Below, one piece after another: positions 46,811-59,713 of a DNA stretch of 64,000 bases. Within the stretch, counting starts at the first letter, position 1, and every line of letters starts with the position of its first letter. This DNA comes from Vitrella brassicaformis CCMP3155 (taxonomy: Eukaryota > Protista > Chromerida): contig CDMY01000438.1 of NCBI GenBank assembly GCA_001179505.1, positions 1-64,000 on the forward strand. The letters run 5' to 3'. The notes under the pieces were generated by a model. That model worked only from the letters and a program-made list of their open reading frames with translations. It did not search any database and was not told the origin of the DNA. Both the position numbers and the translations under genes were made by a program.

Positions 46811-48239
46811 ATGCAGAACCACCAGAGGAATCTGATGGACGGTCAGGATGCTCAGAAAACCGAAAGCACCGCTGTCTGACTCATTCTCATACGTTGTCTT
46901 GAGATCAGTTGTGAGCGGTCGTTTCTGCGAGTTCCTGGAGGTCTGCACTCACGCCATCCTTTGCACGCGCAACGTCTACCCCAAAGGCACCCATACATAA
47001 CACACACTGTCACTGGAGCCTAGCCTGTGGTTGCTGGCTGGCCTGAATGCAGAGCTGTTCTCGAGGGAGCGGCGGCTGGGCGATCTGCGGTGGTGAGCAA
47101 ATGGGTCGTAAAGAACAGAGGGCAGGCAGACAGACTGGTGCGATGGATGGATGGATGGATGGATGGATGGACGGTTGGCGTGTGTTTGTGTGTGCTGCAG
47201 GTGGTGCAGGTCGCCTCGTGTATGTGAGTACACTGACAGGGTGTTCAGCAGCCTCAGGGATGTGATGAAGCAGCGGCTCCTCAGCAAAGTCATCATCGCC
47301 ATACGCAGACTCGGAAAGGAAGAACGATTCGTATTCAAAGTCAGCCACACGCCAACCACCTCCCTCACACGCACCCCCCCCCCCGACACACCAACCCACA
47401 CACACACCCCTCTGTCCCCTGTCCCTCTCCCAGTTCGATGCCAGCTGGCGTGAGTACCACCCCGACAGCACGCACATCAAGGACATCCTCCGCAGCCTGG
47501 AGGAGAACTTTCACTGCGCCCTCCTCGCCATGGAGACCCAAGTCAAGGCACGATTCCCACTCGACGCTGACAACAACGGGCAGCCTGCCGCTGCTGCAGC
47601 GGCTGCGGGTGCGGGTGGTGGTGGTGGTGGTGGCGGTGGTGGTGGTGTGGCCCCAGCGCCTAATGTGAGTTGGGAGGTGCGAATCGAGACCACCGAGAAG
47701 ATCGATGTGGCCATGGGGGAGGAGGGGCGGAAGAGACTCCAAAAAGGTCAGTGGGTGGGCGGGGGGGGGTGTGGTTCCTCAGATGGATGAGACTCAGTGT
47801 GTGTGTGTGTCTGTGTGTGTGTGTGTGTTGGTTGCCTTTCAGACATAGGATTCACTCGTCTGGAAGAAGTCCGTCCGCACACAGATGGATGGACAGATAC
47901 ACCAAGTCATCGGTTCGTCCATCTTTGTGTGTGTGTGTGTTCAGGAGCAGAGTGCCGTCGACCGTCTGCAGTGCAACTGGGTGGCCACCGAGATGGTCCA
48001 GTCCGACCTATGCCAGCAGGCGGCATTGCAGGAGGCGGCAGACGACGACACCTTCTTTATCCGCCTCATCGACACCGACAGGCCCCTCATGCGTGTAAGT
48101 GATACCGGGGGGAGGGGCGAAGCGAAGATGGAGTGCGTTTCTGACCTCTGGGATTGATTTGTGCTGCGTGCAGGTGTACAGAGAGGAGGTGACTGAGCAT
48201 GATGGGGCCGCCGCGGCCAATGGTAGTGGCGTAGTCTGA
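46811..48239 (+). CDS. REV7: HORMA-domain protein REV7/MAD2L2 (DNA polymerase zeta subunit)
   Basis: MDVVSGRFCEFLEVCTHAILCTRNVYPKELFSRER, CRSPRVCEYTDRV...SKVIIAI...EERFVF and LEENFHCALL. Requires a GC-AG intron at 46987-47052. Confidence 0.85.
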
Positions 48240-48325
48240 GTCAGAGGCTATGCAATTGCTTAGCAGACAGTCTGCACGCAGCCGTTGTACATAGACAGAC
48301 GTGTGCTCTCTTGGAGGCTCAACTC

Positions 48326-51300
48326 ATGAATGCGATCGCACCTGCGAGCTTAGCTGACACAATCAGAGGAAGAGGAAGAGCCCCAAAGACCACAGGTGAC
48401 CACAAAGCAGCGAATTCCAAAGGTCCAACGAATCGACACCGATTGGCGACAACAGCTGAGACTCCGCACACCAACCCCCCACCCCCTCCTTGCGGCCGTG
48501 TGACTGGAGGAGTGCCATCCATCATGTACCAGCGGCCCGCTGAGAAGGTGTTCGAGCCTCTGCCGCTCAACTCCCGCACGCACGTCATGTCCACCAGGTC
48601 CACTCCGCTCGACAACGACCACACACCAGACCCCCAATACGCTGCCACTGCCGTAGCAACAGCAGCAGCCACGGCCACGGCCACCACCTTCCCCTCCTCG
48701 TTCTTCAACCCGTCACGCGCCTCATTGCCCCGCTCCTCCCAGAGGCACTCGTCCCTCCATCTACCACCTCTCACCGTGCGTGAGGGCCGGTCCGCACGGC
48801 TGTCAGCTCTCGCAGCGGGGCTTGGGATGGCCGCCCTGCCGGGGCACATCTCGGTGCCGTCGGTCAAGTGGCAGAACCTCCAGGGGGAGGTCAAGGTGCT
48901 TGAGGGGCGAGTGGCGAGTCTGCAAGAGACGGTGCGGGCCAAGGAGATGACCATCGCGGCGCAGAAGCAGACAGTTGACTACCAGGAGGGACAAATCAAA
49001 CGGTTGCGGGACACTGTCTTCCTTCTCAGAAGCCAGGTACGGTACGCACATCAATCTGTGTTATGTTCTCTCTGCGTGTGAATTTGTTCCTTCCGTCTCT
49101 GTGCGCAGGTGGCAGAGCTAGTTGAGACGATGAATCGTCATCTGATTGAAGTGCCGCCACTCTCAAAGCTGCCGGCCACAGACGAGGTCCTCGAGAATGC
49201 CCACGCATACAAAGCTGCACACAGCCACGATGTAGCGAAAGGCCTCCAGCACAAGTTCCAACAAGACCTCGCCAACGCACTGCCGCCCGCCCCCACAACC
49301 GAGCCCCGTGCGGCACGAAGGAAGACAACTGTCATGCTCCGTGCTAGTGTGAAGCCGCCCACAGCTGCTGCCGAGGCTGCATTGGCAGTGACATCGGAGG
49401 GGAGCTCTCTGCCCGCCACCACAGCTGCCGCGAGAAGGGACGCTGCTGAGACGGTGGAGAGGGAGAGGAAGACCGACAAGAGGCGGAGACAGTTCCAGAG
49501 TCTTTCGCTGGGCAATAACCCGACGGCGACAAGGGAAGAGGCATCACAGCCGCAGTTGCAGACGGCCACACACACAGCAGCATGGCCGGTGGATACGAGA
49601 GACAGGGAGAGGGATGGTGATCAGGCAAGGGTGACCCCTGCAACAGGCGGGCCGTCGCCAGTCGAGAGGGACTCGGCAGCTGTGACGACCATGGGCAAGA
49701 GGGAGCTGCACCCCAGCAGACTGTACAGCTTTGAGGCGACCCCTCTGCTCAAGGTACACACGTGTGCATGAGAATGCATATATTGCGTCATTGGATGCAC
49801 CGCTTCTTCGCTGTGTATGGTATCGTGTGTGGTGTGGTGTGGTGCAGTCTATACTGACATGTCAGTTCCGGAAGGAGGAGATGCAGCAGATACTGAGATT
49901 CCTGCTGGGGAACGAAGCTAGGGTGGGTGGAGCAGGGCAGACACAGGGAGATAAAGGGAGACACGACACAGCACATGACGGCGGGTTGTGTGTGTGTGTC
50001 TTCCATGTAGAGTCTGTTCGAGGAGAAGTGTCTGCAGCTGGTGGTGGAGGCCACCATCTTCTACCTCGTCTCAAAGAACATCGTATTCCACAACGACCTC
50101 CAGAAATTCATCCCACAGGTGACTGACCAAAGTCTGTCTGCCGTCAGACCCTTCTCCCTTCTCCCCTTCTCTCCATCCATCTCTTTGTTTGTGTGCATTT
50201 AACTACCTGATTGCAGTGGCTGCAGATACTGGTGGATGTGGTCGAGGCAGAGAGGGGCAGTATATTCATTTTTGATCCAGACAGGGGAGAGCTCTTCTCA
50301 AGGTACACAGACACACAGACACACAGGCAGGCCACACCCACACACGGGAGAGACACGCCATCTTCTCTCTGTCCTGTCTGTCAGGTGTCTGACTGGTTCG
50401 TTCTCGATGCCCATCCGCGTCAAGAAGGGTGCGGGCATCATCGGCTCGGTCTTCGAGTCAGGAGTGCCGCTCCTCATCGACGACGTATACAAGGACCCCA
50501 GGTTCAACCCCACTGTCGACAAAGGGACCAAGTTCAGAACCAAGAGCGTCCTCTGCGTGCCGCTTAGACTCGGCCCCAAGGTAGGTATGCAATCGAGAAG
50601 AATGGGCGTCTCTCTGTCTGTCACCCAGCCAGCAGCAATGCACGAGTGTGTGTGTGTGTTGTGGGTGTCAGGTGGTAGGTGTTGTGCAGCTGTTGAACAA
50701 GCGGTGCAACAGTGGCGATGGGTGCTTCACAGAGGCAGACTTCGAGCTGGCCCAGTCGCTTGGCAACCTTATCACACCTGGCCTGACGTCGCCCAAGCTG
50801 CACAGGAAGCTGCGGTACCACTACGACAACGAGAAGCGGCTCATCAAGCAGGCCATATCCGGCACCAAGGAACGCATTATGAGCCCGCTTGTGAGGGAGG
50901 TCATGCGCGGCGTTGCCAACATCCTGCAGGCCGAGAGGTACCACTCACTGCACATACCATACCCACCCTACACACGTGTATGTGTATGTGTCTCTCTCTT
51001 TCAATCCTTGTGTCTCTGATATACCAGGTGCACGTTGTTTCTGTCTGACGCGGCCCGCGGCAAGTTGTGGGCGATTGTGGCTCAGGGCATCGACAACATC
51101 CAGATCGAGATCCCCGAGAACAGGGGCATCGCAGGCGCTGTCTTCATGAACAACATCCTGCTCAACATCCCTGACGCATACAAAGACCCACGGTGAGTCA
51201 GGAAGTTGGAAAGAATCCCCCTCTCCCTCTCCCTCTATCCCCCATGGCATGGCCACTCATCCCATCTCATGTATGTTTCGTGCAATGCAGCTTCAATCAG

Positions 51301-52339
51301 GCCGTCGATCGTGAGTCGGGGTTCCGCACACGGACCATTCTCGGCTCGCCCATTCGACATCCTATCGGCGGACAGCCCATCGGCGTCATACAGGTGGGTG
51401 AGTGAGACATGGCTTGTGCATGTGGATGGTGGGATGCCTCTCTCTCTCTCTTGCGTGTATCCAGGCCATCAACAAGCTGGGAGGCGTCTTTACGCGCAAC
51501 GATGAGGACCGCATGAACGTAGGTGTGTGTTGATGGCCATGTCTCCTGTCATCTTCATGGGTGGATGTATATCTGTGTGTGTGTATTCTATGCAGGAGTT
51601 GTGCAGCATCGTGGCCTCCATCTTGCTGACGTCTGAGAGTCTGGAGGAGCTGACCCTCTCGGCAGAGCTCAACGAACGCGTCTTCCAGTGCCTCTCCGTA
51701 GCCCTGATTGTCGTATCAGCCCAAGGTATACACACAGGCACACACACCTTCCCCCAACACACACACACAGAGACATACGTGTACCCACCCGCGTGTGTGT
51801 GCGTCTGTGCAGGCAGCGTCATCAAGATGAACAGCGAGGCGGCCGACGTCTTTTACCTCGAGTCGGCTCAGCAGTGGCTGGGCCGCCACCTCAGCGAGCT
51901 CTTCGGCCGCACCAACCCCCAGCTCCTTGCCATGTGGACACAGGCCGTCGAGGGAGACAACGAGGTCCACACGCACACCAGGATATACCCCTTCACCACC
52001 ACCGCCACAGGCGGCACCACCAGCAGTGGGGGCGGTGGGGCCGATGCAGCCGAGGGCACTGTCAAGGCCGTCCGTGTGCTGCCAATCACCTCTGACGAGT
52101 CGGCACACGGCGTGATATTCCTCCTGAGCGACCCGCTGGAAGGGGGGCTCTCGCCGAGGTCGGCTGCAGCGGCCCTCAAGTCGAGGACATTCTCTACTGT
52201 GGAGGGGGAGCGGCCGTCCGACTTGCCTCAGCAGCTCAAGGGCGTGCTGAAGAGGAGCGGCACATTCAGCCCAGGGTCGCCTAGAAGTGGGGACGAGGCG
52301 CAGCAAAGGCGGACGTTCATTACGCAGTCGCCGGTGTGA
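48326..52339 (+). CDS. Coiled-coil/GAF-GAF-PAS protein with no catalytic output domain
   Basis: GAF-A: AERGSIF..GIIG..DVYKDPRFNPTVDKGTKFRTKSVLCVP..LLNK..FTEADFE. GAF-B: AERCTLF..DAYKDPRFNQAVDRESGFRTRTIL..AINK..FTRNDED. PAS: VIKMNSEAA..WLGRHLSELF. The exact start and last exon are uncertain. Confidence 0.85.
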
Positions 52340-53133
52340 TGTGTGTGTGTGTGTGGTGTGGAGGGAGATGTGTGTTCTTGTCGTTTGTGTGGGTTTGAGA
52401 GGGGAGTGGAGAGGGCTGCGTGGTTCGGCGTGCATTTGTGTGTGTGTGTGTGACTATTTGTCGCAGAGTAGCTGGTTGACTCTATCCATTTGTTGATCTG
52501 GTCATCAGACAGACAGACAGGCCGACAGTGTCTCTCTCTGTATGTCTGACTGTTTATGTACAGCAAAGCATCGACCATCCATCCATCCATCCACCCCACC
52601 CGCTCACTCATGCAATCAATGCACACCAAGGCAGGCAGCTCTGCCTGCAACCCTGCCATCTGTGTGTGGTTACCAAACCGAGAGCAGCCCGCCCACTGCA
52701 CACAGGAAAAACTTGGCGTGTCGTCGGATATCCATGTAAGCCGGCCTGCCTTCAGGCACGCCCCACTCACCCACCGCCCCCAGTACACAAGAACGTCACG
52801 TCCGTCAACTCTCATCTACAACACACACATAGCTCTAAGGGGTTCAACACACAGACAGACACTGGGTGAGATCCTCTTGACACGCAGCAGGGAACGGCAA
52901 TTGAGATCTGCGCTTTGGGGTTTGAGCCCCAAGCGCAGATCTCGACGCCCCTCTGTGCTGGACTTCAAGAGGAACTCACAAGGCATCAATCACACCAGAA
53001 CACCGAATGACAGGCCACGGGATGGAAAAATTGTGCTGTCCACCACCCTGCCTGCCTGCGACTCTCGGGGCACACGAGTGCTTGCATGCGCGAGGCATCG
53101 AGGAGTCGCAGCCAGCAGGGTCTAAGTGTCTGT

Positions 53134-53966
53134 TCACAGGTTGCCCGCGAGCCAGTCGCCCGTCATCTCCAGGATGCCCTTATCCGGCCGCGCACCCACT
53201 TGCAGCAGCATGCCCAGCACAGCCAACATCTGACACACACACACACTCGCAATAATCGATCAGACGTGTATGCCTTGAGTGCCTGACATACCGCGAGTCG
53301 TCCATGTTTGATCTCTGCGAGCGCCCAGTCTTCGCGAATTCCCTCGTCTGCGAGCCCCAGCGGGTCGAAGCCGAGATCGCCGGGCACTCTGGAGAACATG
53401 CCGCTCTTCTCCATCACCACCTCGTTGCCCAATGACGCCAACTGATGGACCGATCGACGACACACAGTGACATCCATCCATCGACTCCTTTCCTGCTGTG
53501 TGTGNNNNNNNNNNNNNNNNNNNNNNNNNNNNNNNNNNNNNNNNNNNNNNNNNNNNNNNNNNNNNNNNNNNNNNNNNNNNNNNNNNNNNNNNNNNNNNNN
53601 NNNNNNNNNNNNNNNNNNNNNNNNNNNNNNNNNNNNNNNNNNNNNNNNNNNNNNNNNNNNNNNNNNNNNNNNNNNNNNNNNNNNNNNNNNNNNNNNNNNN
53701 NNNNNNNNNNNNNNNNNNNNNNNNNNNNNNNNNNNNNNNNNNNNNNNNNNNNNNNNNNNNNNNNNNNNNNNNNNNNNNNNNNNNNNNNNNNNNNNNNNNN
53801 NNNNGGGGGGGGGAGTACCTACCTGTGGGCGTGCTGATCCTGCGAGGAATCGTGTGTTGCCTGTTTGCACCAGCAGCCGCTCCTTCTCCGACATGTCGGT
53901 GATCCGCATCTTCATGCTCGGGTCCCACAGGAACTTGGCTGTGTTGAGCTGCAGATATCGCGCGCA

Positions 53967-54000
<34 letters not shown>

Positions 54001-54851
54001 TGGATAGAGAGAATGATCACGGTGACTCACCTCGATCAGGGCGATGGCAATCAGGATCTGCATCAGACCGGCGGGCGGCATCTGCACACACACAAACGTA
54101 CCACACACGGACCAATCCGTCCACACAGACAGCATCAGACAGACACCACGCCATGCACCACCACCCCACCTACCGCAAAGAGTGCCTTGAATGGGTTCAT
54201 CTCGCTGAAGGCCGGCACGAACTCCAGCCCATCAAAGCCCGCGGGCTTCTGCACCAGCTCGGGCGCCAACAGACCCACAGCCGCCAACATGCACAGCCGA
54301 CCGTGCTTCAGCTCGGCATTACGGAGGAAGCCAACATCAGCTATCTTGCTCAAGCCCAGCGGGTCAAACCCTGCACGCACACACACACACACACACACAC
54401 AGAACGCACCTCGTTGTGTTGCTCTCTGTGTGCGTGGCTGAGTGAGTGGGTCACTGACCGAAATCTCCGACGAGTGTCCCGTCGCCGATCTGTGGCTTAG
54501 CCACCCAGGGGAGGGCGAGAGATACGTCGGACGGCACACGGATCTGCGGCACATCCAGCCTCTCCCACACCTTCTGACCCTCACCGCCAGGACTCGGCTG
54601 CCGAGTGTAGTCGGCTGAATCAAATCAATCCCACAGCAGCACAACACAACAAAACGCGCCCGGCCATATGTTCATTCCAACTGTGTACGCAGTTGTCGAT
54701 ATTGGATCGATGGCTTACGGAAGTCGACTCCTCTGACCTTGGCCTTTTGTTGCTGCTGCTTGCCCCTGGCCCTGGCAACCATCTCGAGGTTGAATGCATG
54801 GCTGACCGAGAGGGACAGACCCACCAGCACGACTGACAGAAGTGACGCCAT
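53134..54851 (-). CDS. Light-harvesting complex (LHC) chlorophyll-binding protein with a bipartite plastid leader
   Basis: [20 protein letters not shown] leader; [28 protein letters not shown]; [11 protein letters not shown]; [11 protein letters not shown]; [16 protein letters not shown]. The N gap at 53505-53804 lies in an intron. Confidence 0.93.
53505..53804. other. Assembly gap (300 N) within an LHC intron, next to a G homopolymer
   Basis: Exons on either side join in phase (ARPQ|LASLG). Confidence 0.85.
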
Positions 54852-55089
54852 GGATGTCAGACAGGAGCGGGGAAGCTGATGGGAAGAAGGAGATGGGTGG
54901 AATGCCTGCCACAGGAGAGGGGGGAAGGAGGCGAGCTCCGCAGAAACTTCCTCAAAACCCTATGACCCTATCTGTAAACTCTCGAGCAGAAATATTTGCC
55001 TGTAGGTCAATGCGCCCTGACTGACAAAAGTCGACCCGTGTCTATCACTCAAGACATCCATCCATCCATCCAATCAATCAATCAATCAA

Positions 55090-55701
55090 TCAACTCCCCC
55101 CTGTTGATGCACTGCATCTCGCTCTGGCCGCCCCTTCCGGCTCATGAGCATTATTCATTTTCTGCAGCACCATGAGGCAGGCCGCCGCGACAATCAGCGC
55201 CGCACCACACACACTCCACCCATCCAACGGGCGGCCCAACACGCACACCTGCACGCACACACGTTGAGTCGAGGGAGAGAGAAAGTGAGAGACCGACAGG
55301 AACCATTGATTCACTACACTAACACACATTGAACCCACTTGTAGGATATAGGCGAGGGCCACATCCAAGTTGCTCACGAACGCTGCCACTCACACAACAA
55401 CACTCACACGCATCCCATCCAGCCACCAGACGTCTCTCTCCTGCCCACTGACCTCCTGGCCCGGCCTTCTCGATTTGCAGCCCGCGATTGAGACACCAGT
55501 GCGCGGCGAATCCCAAGACGCCGACAGCGGCCAGCCACCCCAGCAGCGAGAGGTCTGTGTTGCTGCTGTGACGGGGAGAAGGTCGGAGTGTGGCGACGAG
55601 CACAATGCTGGTCAGTGTCGTCGACACACTGAGGTACAAGACCAGCACCAACGCAGGCACACGTGTGCCGATCCGACGCACCAGTGTGTACGCGGTCGCA
55701 C

Positions 55702-55741
<40 letters not shown>

Positions 55742-56792
55742 GCGTTGATTGACGAGTCCAGTCCGCTGTATGCCATGGGATGGGTGTGCCCACCTGCCAG
55801 TGCGCCAGTGAGTGCCAGCAGGACGGCAACCACACGGGAAGTGACCACAGGGGTGGCCGAAGGGACGATGCTGTCGTGTGGGTGGATGCCATCGTGGTGG
55901 AAGAGGACATCTGGCTGAGCGATGAACACGACGCCAGCGAGAGAGCACAGAGCCGCCAAAGTGCACACGGCCGTCCACGGCTCACCCAGGACACACGAGG
56001 CAAGCTGATTGATTGATGACATCCACCCACAGCAGCACAAGCATCAGAGTATCAAGTTCGTTCGAGTGCATACCCTGCCTGTGTGCTTAGCTTACCACAG
56101 CGGTGAAAATGGGTGTGGTGAAGAAGGCAGCTGATGCATCCCCGAGGGGCAGCTGCGATATGCAGAAGAAGAACAAGCCGATAGCACACGACCCGCACAA
56201 CGCCCTGAGTGAGGACATCAGCAAACGCACCAGATAGATCTACGTAAGCGCACACGACACACAGCAGCTCAGCTCAGCCAGCGCCACAAACACCGGCTGA
56301 CCTGACTGACCTGGCCACAAGTAGGTGTCTGATCTCTGGCAGTCCAAATGGCGATATCCACCTCCTCTCCACCACCATTTGCACCGCCAGACACGCGCTC
56401 CCACACACCAGCTCCGTCAGGCCCCTCGCCAGCAGCACATAGAACACGCTCGTCTTAGCAGCCGTCACCTTGACCAGCGTAGACGAGAGGGAGAACAACA
56501 CCGCCGACACGCCGCAGAGCACCAGACCCGCCGCTCGCCTGCACAGACCGCCCTCTTCGCGTTTCCCTTCCGGCAGTGGGTCGTCATCTGACAGATGGTT
56601 GAGGGACGACAGCTCGGTCGTCAGCTTCGAGTAGGCGGCCTCGTGGGTGAATGCGATGAGTCGATGGCTGGGTACATCATGATGCCCGGCGGCAGAGTGT
56701 CCAACGTTTTCCTCTGAGCCGAGTGAGGCGTCTTTTGTGCTCGCTGCTGAAGCCCCGTAGACGGTGGGATGTACCGCAGCGCCGCTCACCAT
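55090..56792 (-). CDS. DMT/EamA-family transporter (SLC35G-like)
   Basis: About 10 hydrophobic segments, with LFSLSSTLVK, VLGEPW..SLAGVVFIAQP, YTLVRRIG, HWCLNRGLQIEKAGP and GAALIV. Confidence 0.88.
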
Positions 56793-56940
56793 CCCAGGGG
56801 CCAGTTCGGGTGCGCTGCGGCGCAGAGTGCCGGTTTTTCCTCAGATCTTCATCGAGGCCATACTCATGGTGCTGAAGTGTGCAGTAAGGATGCTGGAAGA
56901 AGGCCTGACGAAGCCGTCTTTTCTTCCACGCGATCACACC

Positions 56941-56957
56941 TGCGAGCTTGGCTCGCA
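56941..56957. promoter_or_regulatory. Inverted pair TGCGAGC-TTG-GCTCGCA in the DMT/FO synthase divergent spacer
   Basis: Perfect 7-bp inverted repeat containing the reverse complement of AGCTCGCA. Confidence 0.6.
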
Positions 56958-57027
56958 GATCTCCAGGCTCGCTGCAGTTCTCATCGCTGAACGACGTCGA
57001 TGTGTGGATGAGTGGCTTTCCATCGAG

Positions 57028-59681
57028 ATGGTCCAGATGGCAGCATGGGGACTGGCGCTCTTCATCTCTCACGCCCACGGCTTCCATCAACCATCGCCCA
57101 TCTCACGACCACGTCCGTCACGGCTCCATCACATCAGGCGGAAACACGTCAGCCTAAATGGATGAATGGAATGAGTTCACTGGGATGGATGGATGGATGG
57201 ATGGATTTGTGCCTGCAGGTGCGCTCAGCTGTGGAGTCTGCTGGGCAGGCTGCTCAGCAGCAGCAATTGCAATTGCAAGATCTGCAACGGCTGATGGAAG
57301 AGCTGCATGCTGACGGCACCACCGACAGGCAGTGGACCATCGATGACCTGCTGAATGCAGACGTGAGTGACCTCTCCCCGTCTGCACAGCAGATCCGTGA
57401 CTCAAGGTGCGTGCGGGCTCCTGTAGGATCCCCATCCATCCATCCGTCCATCCTCCCGTGTGTGTGTGTGTGTGTGTGTGTGTGTCAGGTTTAGTGGTTG
57501 TGTCGAGAGTTCTGATGGGGAGAGGCAGACCGTCCAGCACACGCCCACCATCACCTACTCTCGCAAGGTGTTCATTCCGCTGACGCACCTCTGTCGCGAT
57601 CGGTGCCACTACTGCACATTCGCGCAGCCTCCCAAGGATGGTGAGAGGTGAGTGGAGTGGAAGGAGTCAGCCGGGGATGGCAACACACCAAACAAACGGA
57701 TGGATGCCGGAAGGAACCGTGGTGTCTGTCGTCCGCTTGCTTGTCGTGTCGTGTGTAGGTGCTACATGACGCGTGACGAGGTACTGGATGTGGTGCGGGA
57801 GGGGGAGAGGCTGGGGTGCACTGAAGCGCTCTTCACACTTGGTCAGCCACAGAAGAGAGGAAGAGTACCTGTGGTCAGGTGCCCATCTGTCCATTGTGTG
57901 TGTGTGTGTGTAGGCGATCGTCCCGAGACGAGGTGGCCGCAGGCGATGGAGGAGCTGCGCAGCATGGGATACACGTCGACGATTGAGTACCTCAGGTCGG
58001 TGGCGCCAAGACATCAGCACACTCTCTCTGGGATGGATCTTGGTGTGTGTGGATGGATGGATGGATGTGTTCCTCCCTAGGGATTGCATGGCCATGGTGC
58101 TCACAGAGACCTCGCTCATCCCCCACGCAAACCCTGGAGTGATCTCAGATGACGAGATGCTCGTCCTCCGTGACGTCAGTGCATCACAGGTGGGGTGGGT
58201 GACCAAACACACACACACCCCACCCACCCACCCACCCCAGCCATCCACGTTTCTGTGTTTGTGCAGGGCCTCATGTTGGAGTCAATATCAGACCGGCTGT
58301 GGGTGGAGAAGGGCCAGCCGCACTATGGCTCCCCCGACAAGCGGCCGGCAAGGCGACTGGAGACCATCGAGAGGGCCGGGAGGCATCGCGTGCCGTACAC
58401 GACTGGTCTTCTGGTGGGGTTTGGCGAGACGAGGCTGGAGAGGCTGCTGTCCTTGGCGGCGATTCGCGAGCTGCACCAGCGATATGGACACATACAGGAG
58501 GTCATCGTACAGGTGAGTCGATATCAATATTGCCGGCACATGGAGCCACGCACCGTGTGTTTGTCTGTCTGTGCAGCCCTTCCGGGCCAAGGAGGGGACG
58601 GTGATGTCCTCAGCCCCCGACTGCCCCCTTTCAGAGCTCCTCTGGACCACAGCCATCGCACGCATCATCATGCCGCCCTCCATCTCCATCCAGTCCCCAC
58701 CCAACCTCTCACACCCACAAGACCTGCCGATGGTCCTGCGGTCCGGCATCGACGACTGGGGTGGGGTGTCGCCGCTCACAGCCGACTATGTCAACCCCGA
58801 GCGCCCCTGGCCGTCCATCGATCGGCTAAGGGAGGTGACGGAGCAGAACGGCTTCGCCCTTGTGGCCCGGCTGCCGTCTTACCCCATGTATGTCAGCGAC
58901 GGTGTGTTGTTGGGGGAGTGGCACAGCGGGAGGGTCGCGAGGTCACTCCTGCGAGCAATGGATGGCACTGGGCACTCCAGGTGAGCATTGATGGACACTG
59001 ACAACACGCCACCAGCGACCACACACCTCCCCCCCTGACTCATTTGCGTGTCCCAAGGACGGAGGAGCCATGGTTTGCCGGCGATTCCGCCTCGTCCGTG
59101 CCCACAGATGGCCCAGACGCACCCTACCTACCCGGCGGCCGTCACCATCCACGATACGCGGACGCCCTCAGGCCTTTCGAGCAGCCGGTGCGGCAGCTCG
59201 TGAGCGGCCGAGACGATGGCGTGAGTGGGACCGAGCTGTCACTGTGGAGGGAGCAGATGCGCAATGTGCTGAGGAGGGAGGGGGTGTCCGACTGGGTGGC
59301 GGAGCTGCTGACACGCGCTCTATTGTCGCCAGGTAGACATGTGGATGAATGAATGAATGTACGAGCTTCCTTTCAGCAGGTGTGTGTGGTGGATTGTATA
59401 TCAGAGATGGCGCGGGGTGAGAGTGGTCTGAGTGAGGGTGAGGCGACGTCGCTGCTCGAAGCACGAGGAAAAGATCTTGCAGCCATTGCCGCGGCGGCCG
59501 ATTTACTGAGGTCGGTGAACAGAATACACCGAAGACATCAACGTGCATTGGTGTGTGTGTGGTCTTCCCTCGATGGTCAGGCGAGTGGTGGCTGGCCACG
59601 GCGTGTCCTATGCCGTTGTGCGCAATATCAACTACACCAACGTCTGCTACTTCAGATGCCAGTTCTGCGCATTCAGCAAAG

Positions 59682-59713
<32 letters not shown>

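Noticed and set aside
52340-53130. Possible missing catalytic exons of the GAF protein, or a separate gene (ORF 52556-53125)
   Set aside because: Low-complexity sequence without cyclase, PDE or kinase motifs. At most it is a short disordered tail or UTR.
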